Source of the DNA: Basidiobolus meristosporus CBS 931.73
Lineage: Eukaryota > Fungi > Basidiobolomycota
NCBI GenBank assembly: GCA_002104905.1
Contig: MCFE01000377.1
Location: forward strand, 20,299 to 84,298
DNA: 64,000 nt
Direction: 5' to 3'
Of the stretch, positions 49,270 through 62,067 are shown piece by piece. Each line of letters begins with the position of its first letter. The first letter of the stretch is position 1. The notes under the pieces are model-generated. The model made no database searches and was not told where the DNA came from. It worked only from the letters and a program-made list of their open reading frames with translations. The position numbers were made by a program, and so were the translations under genes.

Positions 49270-52200
49270 ATGGTCACAAATCTCATAAACCTGAAAGACG
49301 CTTTTCATGACAGCCCGCAGTACCGCTCGAATTTGGTGAGCGCACACAAGGCTGCCGAGGCTTTCGAAGGTGTTCTGTCAGTGTGGACCGAGAAAACTAG
49401 GAACTTTGTACAAGCTCTAGCGGGTATATGGAAATTGCTCCTGGACTCCACGAATTAGTGACCCATTCAACCCCTTCGATGCAGGTTTAAACGAAGCTAC
49501 AAATCGCCTTCTGCTTGAAGCCACCTCCCCCAAAAACTTCCACTCTCTTGTCGACACGGATAATTGTGGTAATTGCAAGTTGCCCTTTTCTGTCCTTCTC
49601 GTTTCCCTAAATCCCACTTCAGGCTCCACCTCACGAGACTCCTTCTTTTCAACGGAGAATAACTTTACCTCGCGCCTAGAAAATGAGCTGATAGGTTAGC
49701 CACCGTTTGCATACTGACAGTGCCTGCTTCAGCACTAACCTCAGCACGGTTGATAACACTAACAGAGCCGCTCCTGCATTTCCAAAACTCAGTCACCCAC
49801 ACGCTTTCGGTAATTTCGTTCGAGAGAAACCCCCCCCCGCCACCCAACTAAACTTGACCCGATTTGCAGAACGCCAGACGCGAATTTTTGAATTCAGCAG
49901 AGGAATATGAATCCATTGTATATAAATACTCCAGCCTACCGCATCTAAAGGATCAGAAAAACGACGAAGTACGGAGCATTTGTGATGTTGATTGCTCTGA
50001 TCCTGATAACTAATAGATTCCCAAGTTCACCAATTACTTATACAGCATGAGAGTGGAGTCAAGCAAAAATTCCCTTCGATACGCCAATATGCTTAACGAG
50101 CTCCCGCTCATCCGAGAGTCCTTTGTGTTAAACAAGGTTTGGCTAGAACCGGCAGAGGCAACATTGGGCCGACAATAATACGTGTGTTTGATATTCTAGA
50201 TGAACTCGTTTCTTGAGTTGATGTCAACGTGGTTCGAGGGTCATCACCAGTCTATGACTAAGACCCGGCCTGTGTTAGGCCAGATTCTCGCGGGCATCGA
50301 CGAGGTTGGTTGGTTGGAGGCTCTGGGCATGTTTGCAATTCCATTGATTTAATTTCGTTAAGGAGGGCACGGGCCAAAACCTTGAAGACCTGCCAGTGAA
50401 CGAAGCAACGCTCTTAGATCCCATCGAAGTACTGGTGAAACTAAGCTTATTTCGTGATGGAACCAGCGTTAATGGCAGTTTTGCTGTATCAGGCTCATTT
50501 AACAAAATACAAACAGGCTCTGGGTTTGGTGGGGTATGATGAGATCTCCATTGTTACGCAAGTCTCCAACTTGTCGGTTGATTCGGATCTGATGGTGAAG
50601 CAAGGCAAATCTGGTTATTTACTGCTTCGAAGAGCAAACTCTAGAAGTGGATGGTCAAGGTCTGCTGTTTTTATGCAGGCTTCCATCTTGTTGCAGAGAT
50701 TAACTTTGCATATGAATAGACATTGGTTTCGTATACAGATGCCCGAGGGCCTCTTTGTTCAATGCACAAATGGCGTGGTATTTGTCGGTTCTCATCACTA
50801 CATCTGGTACCAACCTAACCCTCAGTTGTAGGACCAGCCCATCGTGGTAGACCTGCATGCCTCTTTGGTTCGTGAAACAGACTGTGATGGAAGATCGTAC
50901 TGCTTTGAGATCAACACGCCACCTATTCTGTAAGTTGTGCGGTTGGACCGAAATGTTCTTGGCGTTTTCCTAAAGATCCTCTCGGCAGAAAATACTACTT
51001 TCAAGCAGAGACGGAGCTGGATATGATGGAGTGGATAACCGCGTTACGCATACCGCACATTGGTAGCATCAACTACAATAGAAGCGCATCCAATGTATGG
51101 TTCATGCGATATGCTGTCAAGCTAGGACACAAGAAACTCACCCTTTATCCATTCAGGCCGGGGCGGAGCTGATTAAGTCGGGGACTGTCTATATTCGAGG
51201 TAGTTTACTCGTTCTTCTTATTGCATGCTGCTGGAAACTCAAGGTTCCCTAGAGGTGAAGAGCTCCAAGAACCCGCATTGCACTAAGGACCCCCTCTCCA
51301 TAACCGGCAATTGGCGACGCATCGTCCTTATTATTCGGTCCAATGGCACTCTGTATCAGTTTGACGAGAACGTAAGTGTCCCTTGTGAAAGCCCATCTTG
51401 CATTCATGCAAATCTCATTCCCTTTATTACTGCGTCTTCAGGACAAAACCGTGATTGAAAATATCAAGGTCAAGGAGGTTCAGCGGAACCATATCAGCAT
51501 GATAGACGAGTCCGCCCTCAAAAAGAAAAACTGCTTCATGTTGAAGTCGAAGCAGAAAACTCATTTTTTCATGACTGATGGACCAAACGAACGCAACGAA
51601 TGGATCTCTATACTGAAGACTTTTGCTCAGCCAGAGGTGTTGGGCTATTCCGAGCCCCCCTACTTCTGCTACCGTCTGGATCGTACCTTTTGGATCAGTG
51701 TCGTGGAAGGCCGTGGGCTCAGCCAATCGGACCCGTACTGTTATATCGAACTGGACGCAGAACGCAAAGGTAGAACAAGCACCAAGCCCAAGACGACGAA
51801 CCCTGTCTGGGTAGAAGACTTCCTCTTTACGTAAGCCGCGTGACTGTTGGGGTAGTGTTAAGGAGCCATTGACTAATGTGTTGTGCTAGGGATCTTCCTG
51901 CTCTTCGAAGAGGTGTTGAGGTCATTGTGATGAACAAGAATCGACTCCATAAGGATTCAACTATTGGTAAGTTACGAGTGAGTAATGCAGCGGAATCCAA
52001 CCTTCTTTAACGCCATCCACCGATGCTTAGGCAAAGTACACCTTCCTATCTCATTCATACGACGGGGGGAGACTCATGAGGGGTGGTACCCAATAATGTA
52101 CGAGTCTAAAGTGTCCGGATACCCTTCGGAGACGGCCGGAGAACTCCACCTTCGATTCAAATATGACGAGGTGGTTGTGTTGCCTTCTTCAAGCTACGAC

Positions 52201-53556
52201 AGCTTACTCAAGGTAAGTGACCCCTTTTGCCGCATTCTGTTGGCAGCCCACCTAACGAGGTACGGTATAGCTTCTATTGGACGTCGAGTCTCGATTGATT
52301 TTTGACCTGGTGAATGTCTCCAAGAATCTGGAATGGTTTGCCGAGAACATGATGCGGATCTACGCGGCCAAAAACATGGCGATGGAATGGCTTTTGTTTC
52401 TTGCCCGCAACGAAGTGGAATCAACCGGTATGCGGATCCGCTAACTGTGACGGCTTACTCCGTTCTCATCCCTCCTTCATTTAGACGACGCCAACATCCT
52501 GTTTCGAGGAAATTCCATTTTCACTAAAGCCATCGATGGCTACATGAAGTTGATCGGACTTCAATATGTGGACGAGGCTATTGGGGAAATTGTCAGATCC
52601 ATCTGCGACAACAAGGTGTACGTAGAGGTACCTGCCTGTCTTGCTCTCCCTCATGCTGCCTATGATTAAGGCTTTCCATTCGATTAGGTTGACGAGCTCA
52701 AGTTGGAACGCTATGAGGATATCCGGGCCCACTGGAAGGTTTTGATTGGATATACTAAGATGCTATGGAAAAGTATCGAGAAAACTCAAGCCAAATGTCC
52801 CAGGTAGATTGTAGCGTCCATTAAAGTCCATTTTGCAGCCAGCTAACTTTCCACTTCCAGTGAGTTGCGTGTATTCTTCTCTGAATTAAGAGCCATAATC
52901 CAAGCCAAGTATTCGGAGCAAACCAATCGGTTCGCTATACTTGTGTGAGCGGATTCATCTTTCTGCGCCTCTTCTGTCCGGCGTTACTTAATCCAAAGCA
53001 ATTCCAACTCGTCAAGGAGCAGCCGGATGCTCGAACTCGTCGCACCCTGACGCTGTTAGCCAAGACCACTCAATCGCTAGCTAATTTGAGCGACTGCAAC
53101 CCCAAAGAACCGTACATGGCGCAGATGAACGAGTTTGTCCGCCAGAACTCCGCTACGTTGATGGAATACATCGATTACATTGCTACTGGACAAACACATA
53201 ATCCATCCTACCATAAGATTCAAGCTCTGCAGCCACCGGAAACCTTCTTCAAGCCCCCAGAGGTTCCCTATCTTATTGATATAGACAAGAAACTCTCCAG
53301 CTTTTGTAGCTATGTCGTTCATAATCGGGAGCATTTGGAGGATTTGATTGCAGAAGGAAAGACCGCTTGCTCTCCTAAACTTCTGAGGAGATTGCTCTTC
53401 CATTGTAACGTGGCCGAGGAGAAAACCAGGCTAATTACGGAAGGACGCAACGGACGTTTGGCTAGTAGCATATCTAGTCTGTCAGATTCCAGCAGCCAAC
53501 AGACACTTTCCTCACACCGCAGTCAATCCTCCTTCCAATCCAGCTCCTTTGTATAG
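49270..53556 (+). CDS. RasGAP (Bud2-like PH-C2-GAP) with an apparent N-terminal BAR-PH module; many introns
   Basis: DSPQYR BAR start and AEEYESIVYKYSSL; PH1 GYLLLR...RSYCFEIN...EWITAL; PH2 IDESA...EWISILKTFAQPE; C2 SDPYCYIELD...NPVWVEDF; GAP signature FLRLFCPALLNP. Confidence 0.85.
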
Positions 53557-53589
53557 CGTTTTCACTCATTCCCCTAGTTTAAGACACAA

Positions 53590-53660
53590 CTCACTGCTCA
53601 CTATCACTATTCATTATCACTGTTCACTATCATTCACTATTCACTATTCATTATTTCAGT
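53590..53660. repeat. Low-complexity TCACTA/TCATTA-like repeat
   Basis: CTCACTGCTCACTATCACTATTCATTATCACTGTTCACTATCATTCACTATTCACTATTCATT, downstream of the RasGAP stop. Confidence 0.7.
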
Positions 53661-53922
53661 AGTATTTTGTAAAACTGATAGAATTTCCATGTCAAAGCAT
53701 TGTTATCATACTTCATTCTCCTAATAAACGCAGTCTCAATTTTCATCAGATCACGTGGTCGGCCGATGCGGAAAATCCCTCGATAAAAGTATTGTTTGGC
53801 GTAAATGCGGCTCTTTCTTTTTCGGAAATCCATCTTTCTACGTGAACAAGGTTTGATACGTTCCATCCATCCGTAGCGTAGGCTTCAATATGTACACGTA
53901 GTAACAACAGTCTTGATTTAGC

Positions 53923-54321
53923 ATGGTCTCCTCTACCAACAAGGTCGCTATCATCAAGAAGCGCACTAAGCCCTTCAAGCGTCATCAATCTGACCGCTAC
54001 AAGACCGTCAAGGAGTCTTGGAGAAAGCCCAAGGGTATTGATAACCGTGTCCGTCGTAGATTCAAGGGCCAAATCCCCATGCCCAAGATCGGTTATGGAT
54101 CCAACCAGAAAACCCGCCACCTCATGCCCAACGGTTTCAAGAAGTTCGTTGTCTCCAGTGTCAAGGAGTTGGAGGTCTTGTTGATGCAAAACCGTACCTA
54201 CGCTGCCGAAGTTGCTCACAACGTCAGCTCCAAGAACCGTATTGCCATTGTTGAACGCGCCCAACAATTGAACGTGAAGGTTACCAACGCCAACGCTCGT
54301 CTTCGCACCCAAGAGAACTAA
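53923..54321 (+). CDS. RPL32: 60S ribosomal protein L32 (eL32)
   Basis: [17 protein letters not shown]...[18 protein letters not shown]...MPKIGYGS. Confidence 0.98.
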   Translation: MVSSTNKVAIIKKRTKPFKRHQSDRYKTVKESWRKPKGIDNRVRRRFKGQIPMPKIGYGSNQKTRHLMPNGFKKFVVSSVKELEVLLMQNRTYAAEVAHNVSSKNRIAIVERAQQLNVKVTNANARLRTQEN

Positions 54322-54597
54322 GTGTCGAGGACCGTTGTCAACTATCCTGAACACCCTTGTGAATGTTTCCTCCGTAAGGCACTCACCAATAAAGTCAATC
54401 ACTAGCATTATGGACTTGATGTTGTATATGTACTGTCGAACTGCTGTTGCTGATGGGTCGGTGTGCAGAGCGGGGTTTATGAAATGAGCTGTGTTTCACC
54501 ATCCTTATATTTATATATATCCATTTGATCCGGAATGCCGCTTATTTAAGGATTCACTACCACTCCTGCCTACACAACCCTTCTACCTCCATTAAAC

Positions 54598-56034
54598 ATG
54601 ACCACTATAGCTGTCACCACGGGCTTTCGCAAAAAGCGAAACTTCAAGAACCTGGAATTGGCCCATTCACCTCTTGTCTGTGAAAGTATTACCGCCGAAG
54701 CTCAATACAGCGGCAACTTATCAGGGGTAGGTAGCGGCCACTTGTATGAGCAGCTGGCCAACCTGGAAATAGGCCTAGAATTCAAGCTGAATCTGCGTCA
54801 GGAAGACTTAAAGACCCTTGACCAACTGGGCTCTGGAAACGGTGGGGCAGTGTCCAAAATACTGTACATCCCCACCAAAACAATCATGGCAAGAAAGGTC
54901 CGATACTTTCCTCACCACTTCCTTATTCTTTCCTTGGCCATTATAACACAAACATATCCCTGTTGTGAACCCCCTCTAGATCGTACACATCGAGGCGAAG
55001 ACGTCGGTAAGAAAGCAGATTATTCGGGAGCTACAAATCCTTCACGACTGCAATTCCCCTCACATCGTATCTTTCTACGGTGCGTTCATGCATGAAAACG
55101 ATATGAAAATCTCGATATGTATGGAGTACATGGACAAGGGGTAGGCTCAGATGTTTCATAGCACTTGGTTTGCGCAAGCTCATTCCACGAAGTTCGTTGG
55201 ATCATTTATACAGAAGAATAGGGCCGATCCCTGAGCCAATAATAGGAAGCATCACTTGCTCAGTACGTGGTTCCTTTTTTGTTGTTGTGAAGCTTACTAA
55301 CTAGGAGCGTCAAGGTACTTAACGGACTTACCTACCTCTATGACCATCATCGCATCATTCACCGAGGTATATGGAATTAGTTACATTTCTGAGAATCAGT
55401 CCAATAAGAGCGCATCAATAGATGTCAAGCCATCCAACATCTTGATTAATTCGGCCGGATTTGTCAAGCTCTGTGATTTTGGTGTGTCTGGGATTCTTGT
55501 AGATTCAATTGCGAAAACCTTTGTGGGGACTAGCCAGTACATGTCGGTATGTTAAGCTTGAGACACACCACTGACTCATCTGGGTGCTAACCTCAACATT
55601 AGCCTGAGAGAATCACTGGTGCTACATACAGCGTGAAATCTGATGTATGGAGCTTAGGCGTCTCTTTGTTGGAGCTGAGCCAAGGGAAATTCCCGTTCCC
55701 ACAACTATCGGTGTTTGAGCTGCTGCAATACATCGTTGACGAGGATTTGCCAACCCTTCCGATGGAGGTGTTCCCTGCTGATTTTATTGAGATGGTCAAC
55801 CTATGGTTAGGCTTCATTGCTTCCACCTCTGTTCTGTATTCTGGCTGATCTATCTTAGTTTGACCAAGGATCCCGAGACTCGACCCACACCCAGGCAAAT
55901 CATGGTGAGGCGTCTGATTAGGATTGGCTTGTATCCATGCACTGACCTTCTTTTGTGAACACAAGGAGCATCCCTACGTAAAGCGAGTCACCAGCGAAAA
56001 AGTCAACTTGGCCAAATGGGTGAATTCTATCTAA
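54598..56034 (+). CDS. MAP kinase kinase, Ste7/Byr1/Fuz7-like (multi-exon)
   Basis: Docking motif [51 protein letters not shown] and KSDVWSLG. Confidence 0.93.
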
Positions 56035-56655
56035 TATGCTGTGTGGCCCCCTGTATCTTTGGCCATTTCTTCGGCTCCTTCTTTGATAACACTAATACTA
56101 TAACATAATGCTAATAACCTTGCGGCCTAATCCAATTTGTGCGGCATCTGAATAAATCATGCATATTGCGTTAATCCTGATTTGTTGTCTGTTTGTTTGC
56201 ATGTACACACACCATATTCCCTAAATTTCCGGCGCTCTCTTTAGTACGCTTCTCCCAACATGCTCTTTTACGAGAAGGGAAACGAATCCGTGTTATCTGG
56301 TACTGAGAAACTGGGTGGTGAAGATAGAACACACCGAGAGTCACGTTTCGCTTTCGACGAGTGGTTTAGATTTGTTAGAGAAGCAAAAAGATTCAGTTAA
56401 CTTTGAGTTTCTGCCATGTTTGCTAGTACCAAGTAAGAGTCCATCCCTCACCCACTCGCTGAAGAACCTCGTTCAAATAATAAATACATGGATATTCAAT
56501 CGGAACCTTTGACTTGGCGGTTTTTCCTTCTATCTAATCTAGATATCAACAGAATAATCACTGCTAAAGTGCTATCAGAACTCGATTGGGAAGGTAAGAT
56601 ATCTTTGCATATAGATAGGCTGGTAGCTCACTCAGCAAGACTCAATTCAGTAACC

Positions 56656-58709
56656 ATGCGATGGTGAATTTGTATATATACTAGGGACCGAGCTGAGCCA
56701 GGAAATGGAGAAATCTCTAGTTTTATTGAAGATTATCTTTTCCGAAAATGAAGCCAGCTACGAAAAATACACCAGAACTAAAGTATCCCATTCAAGGTTA
56801 GCAAGAAGAATTTCCCGCTATCTTTGGCCTTTGCCTCAACTCAACTTTGTAGAGAGATTGCACTTGCTCACGGACCTGTAGTAAGCCTCTTCAGAGCCCA
56901 TACAGCGTTGAACCATATGGGTATCTCAGAAGATTTAAATCTGGAAGTCAACCTTGAAATATGGAAGATCACGAGCGTAAAGGTGATCAGCTTTCCCTTG
57001 ATTTCCATTCAACCCTTGCGAATCTTCGGAATCACAAATATACAGGAGGGAATTGCATTGATTTGCTCGGTAAAAAACCACGCGGAGGAAAACGAAATGC
57101 AGCTGAGCTATATCGACATCAGCAATGAGGAAGCGAGCCCTAGACCTTTGAATATCACAATAGATCTGCCCGGCTATTTGGTGAGCATGATCAGCACCAT
57201 TCAGATGAACGGCATCCTGTTGGACGCGGTGGAAGGTACGGGTGTAGGATATGAATTAGACAATACATGGATTGGCACCAAGGCTGAAGATATCATGAAT
57301 CTGAAGTACAACAAGATCGACCAAACCCTACACATTCACGGCATTCCGCATCATATAGAGTTTGCCTGTTTGGATTCAGAAGGACTCACCCTCATTGTCG
57401 TTACTGGGGACAATACCTACTCGATTGTCAAAAAAAGAGCCTCCCCAAATACACTGGAATCGGAATCAATTTTGCTCTTGAATCCTGGCGACCCCGAGTA
57501 TGACTCGCTGTACTATCTAGACAGTGCCGAGCCCCAGTTCAACAGGAGCCTACAGGTAGTGTTTATAGCTCGATTACTAGATTGCTTCAAATCCATTGTT
57601 TACGTTGCGTTGTTCAATTAGGGCATAGTGATGACGAGAACCTGACAGCGGTATACCATTCCTTGACCACCAGGATGCGTAACGGCGCAGCATCTTTACG
57701 TGAGCACGAGAGGCTGGTAGATGTACGATATAGATGATTTGGCGCAGCTGATGATAACTAATCCCTCTTGATTAGTTGAGCCAGAAAACTGCTCTGCTGG
57801 ATAAATCATCCAAGTTGATAGAAGAATACGCGAGGATAATTGATTCCCGAGGAGCAGCGCAATGTGAACCGTGCAAGGCCCTACCTGACAGCAGCATGGT
57901 GCCACTCTTGCCCATACAATCGTCCAAACCGATGGAGCAGTCACATACCGACTCGACCGAATCGGAATGGATCGACATCGTAGACTCAAGCATAGTTCAG
58001 GACGAGCAATTGGCCCAACTAAATGTTACAATTAGGAATTTGTCAAGGTATTGTCAAGCAACCGTTTTCAGCATTTGTAGGAGTGCCAATCTTTATTCCG
58101 CTAAACTTGATATAGTGAATCCATATACAACCCCCACATCATTCCTGCGATACAAGCCTCCTCCAAGCTATCCATGCTAAATAGCACCATTCTGAACTCG
58201 TCCAGAGAAATGGCAAGCAGCGAAACCACAGTTCTCTCAGCTTTAATCGAGCTACCTAGAATATCGAGTGTGTATTCTTGCCTCTAGACGAGAAGAAGTT
58301 CAGAAATCAAGATGGCTCGTTGGTTTTTCTATTCACCAAAACTGCCACTGACAACTCGCGTAGGATTCTCGTGAAAGGGTTGACTGATCGAAGGATCGTA
58401 ACTGCAATCAAGAATTTAACCAGAGTGTTACCTGATGATATCCTTTGAAGAAATTGGACTCGTGTCCAATTGTTCACCTGTTGCTTTGAACTTTCCTTAA
58501 CCATAACACATATCAGGCTCACGATAACTCCGAATATACTCTCCACTCAGGATGCGAAGTCAGTGGAGCAATCTATCATTGTCATGAAAGAGCTGTCTGG
58601 AATGCTTAACCAGCCCGAAGACATGAATGCCGACAGCTGGCTAGAAATAAGAAGTGAACTCAAGCGTATCGTCCAAAATACTCTCTCACAAACAGACGAA
58701 ATAATGTAG
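56656..58709 (+). CDS. Hypothetical multi-exon protein, family not recognised
   Basis: Long + strand ORFs (56824-57621, 57776-58180, 58470-58709) separated by intron-like GT...AG gaps. The exon model is uncertain. Confidence 0.5.
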
Positions 58710-59066
58710 ATAGCAGAGCATCCATCACCAAACCAACACCTAACCCTACCAGCCTCACGCAATCCCTCGCACTCTCCTTGACTACCCCTAGCGATGATGA
58801 TGACACTCCCTTCTAGGTAACCCCCCCCCCTTCGCATCCTACTAGATAGCCCCCTTCTCACATGAGATAAATGATTCAGTAATTGAAACAATATAGCAAT
58901 TCCAAGTCATGTTAGAAATACTTTGTGGCTCATTAAAAGCCGGTACCATGCCATTTATTACTTCTAAACTGGGACAACGGCCAATAACAGCTTTTATCCC
59001 TAAACCATTACGCACGATCAAATATAAATATTCGGCGCTTGGTTGGGATAATATCATTCCTTGGCC

Positions 59067-60557
59067 ATGAAAGAGTGGAAATCGCCAGTCTTCTTGTTTT
59101 GTTTGTTCGCAGGATCATGCTGTGCTTATCAGCATGTCCTCCAATCCCCCCAGAGTTTGCTTCTCCAGTCAGAATCCTCGTTGCTGGATGAGCTAGAGAG
59201 TGAGTTTGGGATGACGCCCAAGAGTGAGCAAGTCAAAAGCAATCCATGGATCAGTGTGACCACACATGAATCATTAGAGGGCTACTCGCTACGAGTCAAG
59301 CAACCACAGCTTTGCGACACTTCCGTTAAACAGTACTCCGGCTACCTCGATATCTCGGATGATCGGCACTTTTTCTTTTGGTTCTTCGAATCGAGAAACA
59401 AGCCCAAAAAGGATCCGATTATTCTCTGGCTCAACGGTGGCCCAGGTTGCTCTTCCTTCACGGGGCTCTTGATGGAGTTGGGCCCATGCAGGGTCAAGAA
59501 GGATGGTTCCGGGACCGAGTTCAACCCGCATTCTTGGAACAGCAATGCCAACGTGATCTTCCTAGACCAACCGATGAACGTGGGCTTCTCCCACGGTAGC
59601 AAGACGTTTGGCTCGTTAGCAGCTAGCAAGGATGTCTACGCTTTCCTACAGCTATTCTTCAAGCAATATCCGGAGTATTCTGATCAGGAATTCCATGTCT
59701 TTGGGGAATCTTACGGAGGGCATTACGTCCCCGCGATCGCTAAGACCATTCATGACAACAACAAGAAAGCCCGCGGCAATTTCAAGCCGATCAATCTGAA
59801 GAGCATTGGCCTTGGAAACGGCCTCACCGACCCCTTAGTCCAGTACAAATACTATTCTAAGATGGCTTGCGATAATTCCTATGGCATTCAGGTTCTATCC
59901 CAATCGACATGCCGCCAGATGGATCAGTCGTACACACAGTGTGCAAACATGATCAAATCATGCTACAATCGACCAAACTCTCTATCTTGCGTCCCACCCA
60001 CCTTCTATTGCAACAAAAACCTCGTTCAGCCCTTCCAGTCATCCGGGTTGAATATATACGACATTCGTACCAAATGCGAACCTGGTGCGGAGCTATGCTA
60101 CTCCATCCTCAATGGGTTGACAAAGTACTTAAATCAGCCCGAGATCAGGTCGGAGCTGGGCGCCGAGGTTGACGGGTTTAAATCCTGCGACTCGTCCGTG
60201 TATTTTGGCTTCCTTTTGGCTGGAGACTGGATGAAGCCGTATCATCTCAACATTCCTGAATTGTTGGAGGATGGCATTCGAGTCTTGATTTATGCCGGGG
60301 ATGCGGACTTCATTTGCAATTGGTACGGCAACAAGGCCTGGGCAATGGAGCTGGATTGGAGCGGCAAGAAGAAGTTCAACAAAGCTAAAGATTCAAACTG
60401 GACGGTTAATGGAGAGGCCGCGGGTGAAGTAAGATCCTCAAAAGGACTTACGTTCTTGCGCGTGTTCGGAGCAGGCCACATGGTACCCTACGACCAACCC
60501 GAAAACTCCCTTGCCATGATAAATAGTTGGATAAAGAAATCGAAATCAAAATTCTAG
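59067..60557 (+). CDS. PRC1: Carboxypeptidase Y-like serine carboxypeptidase (S10), intronless
   Basis: Signal peptide, WLNGGPGCSS, GESYGGHY, GDADFICN and GAGHMVPYDQP. Confidence 0.96.
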   Translation: MKEWKSPVFLFCLFAGSCCAYQHVLQSPQSLLLQSESSLLDELESEFGMTPKSEQVKSNPWISVTTHESLEGYSLRVKQPQLCDTSVKQYSGYLDISDDRHFFFWFFESRNKPKKDPIILWLNGGPGCSSFTGLLMELGPCRVKKDGSGTEFNPHSWNSNANVIFLDQPMNVGFSHGSKTFGSLAASKDVYAFLQLFFKQYPEYSDQEFHVFGESYGGHYVPAIAKTIHDNNKKARGNFKPINLKSIGLGNGLTDPLVQYKYYSKMACDNSYGIQVLSQSTCRQMDQSYTQCANMIKSCYNRPNSLSCVPPTFYCNKNLVQPFQSSGLNIYDIRTKCEPGAELCYSILNGLTKYLNQPEIRSELGAEVDGFKSCDSSVYFGFLLAGDWMKPYHLNIPELLEDGIRVLIYAGDADFICNWYGNKAWAMELDWSGKKKFNKAKDSNWTVNGEAAGEVRSSKGLTFLRVFGAGHMVPYDQPENSLAMINSWIKKSKSKF

Positions 60558-60669
60558 ATGCGTAATAGCCATTCAATCGATAAATAAACCAATGTTGTAA
60601 CTAGGGTGTTGTTAGGTGTGGAAAGTTGATATGCTTTATTGACTTAGCTAAGAACTAACTACGTATAAT

Positions 60670-62067
60670 TTATTTGTGCTCAACGGAGACGACCTTGCCA
60701 AGCATGACAGCGGTGTTACCATCGAGGAAAGCAATACGGGAAAGACCCTCGCAGTTCTTGAAGCTATCGACGATAAGGGGTTGGATGGGCTCGAAGACAA
60801 CCTCGGCGGCCTCGGAAGCCTTGAGGGAGTGGGGGGACTCGAGCTTCTTACGGCCAGTCTCCTTACCGATCTTCCACTTAAGCTCGGTGATCTTGCAGGC
60901 AGCGCGACCGCAACGGACGAAACCGATGGGGGAGTATCCGGGCTTGACTTCTCCTGGGATATCGAGGGTTTGGATTTGGGCAGTGAAGTTCTTGACGGGG
61001 CGGAGGGTGTTGTCGCTCTTGTAGACCATGACATCACCAGCACGGGGCATGTTACCCTTGTCAAGACCCTTGATGTTCATACCGACGTTGTCACCGGTTT
61101 GGGCGAACTCGACACGCTTGTGGTGCATCTCGACGGTGAACACCTTACCGGTACAGGGGTTACCGGCGGTGTGGGTGGGAAGGAAGACAACTTCAGTGTT
61201 GGGGGTGACGGTACCTTGCTCGACACGTCCGGCAACGACATCTCCGACACCCTTGATCTTGTAGATACCGGAAACGGGGAGACGCATGGCGGCGTCAGCG
61301 TTACGGGAGGGAAGGACGACCATGTCGTTCAAGGCGGTGAGGAGGGTCTCGACGTGGATCTTGTCACCGTTTTGGTTGATGACATCTTGTCCCTTCCACC
61401 AGGTCATCTTCTCGGACTTCTTCAACAAGTTGTCGCCTTGCCATCCGGAAATGGGGAGGATAGGAACGGATTGCTCAACGAACTCCTTCTTCCATCCGAC
61501 CTTGATAAGCATGTTGCGCATCTCATCACGGATTTCGTTGTAACGGTCCTCCTTGTAACCGGCGGTATCGGAATCCATCTTGTTGACACCAATGATGAGT
61601 TGCTTGACACCGAGAAGGTTGAGGAGACGAGCGTGCTGGCGGGTTTGGCCTTGGATATCTCCGGCCTTGTGGTCACCCTTTTGGATGGCGGTGGTGAAGT
61701 TACCATCGGCGGGGACCATGAGAAGGGCGACATCAGCTTGAGCGGCTCCGGAAATCATGTTCTTGATGAAATCTCTGTGTCCGGGAGCATCAATGATGGT
61801 GTAGTGCCACTTCTCGGTGAAGAACTCCTTGGTGGTGCAGGAGATGGTCACACCACGCTCACGTTCGTCCTTTTGGCGATCCATGTAGAAAGCGAAGGCG
61901 AAGGAAGACTTACCGAGACGCTCGGCTTCTTGCTTCAACTTGTCCATTTCACGCTCGGGGATACCACCGAGTTCGAAAAGAAGACGACCGGTAGTGGTAG
62001 ACTTACCGGAATCGACGTGACCGCAAATAACGATGGAAAGATGGTTCTTGTTGTCAGTGGCAGACAT
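60670..62067 (-). CDS. EFL: Elongation factor-like GTPase (EFL), intronless
   Basis: GHVDSGKSTTTG, followed by EFL-type segments FAFAFYMDRQKDERERGVTISCTTKEFFT, GNFTTAIQKGDHKAGDIQGQTRQH and GNTAVMLGKV rather than the canonical eEF1A sequences. Confidence 0.92.
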   Translation of the reverse strand: MSATDNKNHLSIVICGHVDSGKSTTTGRLLFELGGIPEREMDKLKQEAERLGKSSFAFAFYMDRQKDERERGVTISCTTKEFFTEKWHYTIIDAPGHRDFIKNMISGAAQADVALLMVPADGNFTTAIQKGDHKAGDIQGQTRQHARLLNLLGVKQLIIGVNKMDSDTAGYKEDRYNEIRDEMRNMLIKVGWKKEFVEQSVPILPISGWQGDNLLKKSEKMTWWKGQDVINQNGDKIHVETLLTALNDMVVLPSRNADAAMRLPVSGIYKIKGVGDVVAGRVEQGTVTPNTEVVFLPTHTAGNPCTGKVFTVEMHHKRVEFAQTGDNVGMNIKGLDKGNMPRAGDVMVYKSDNTLRPVKNFTAQIQTLDIPGEVKPGYSPIGFVRCGRAACKITELKWKIGKETGRKKLESPHSLKASEAAEVVFEPIQPLIVDSFKNCEGLSRIAFLDGNTAVMLGKVVSVEHK

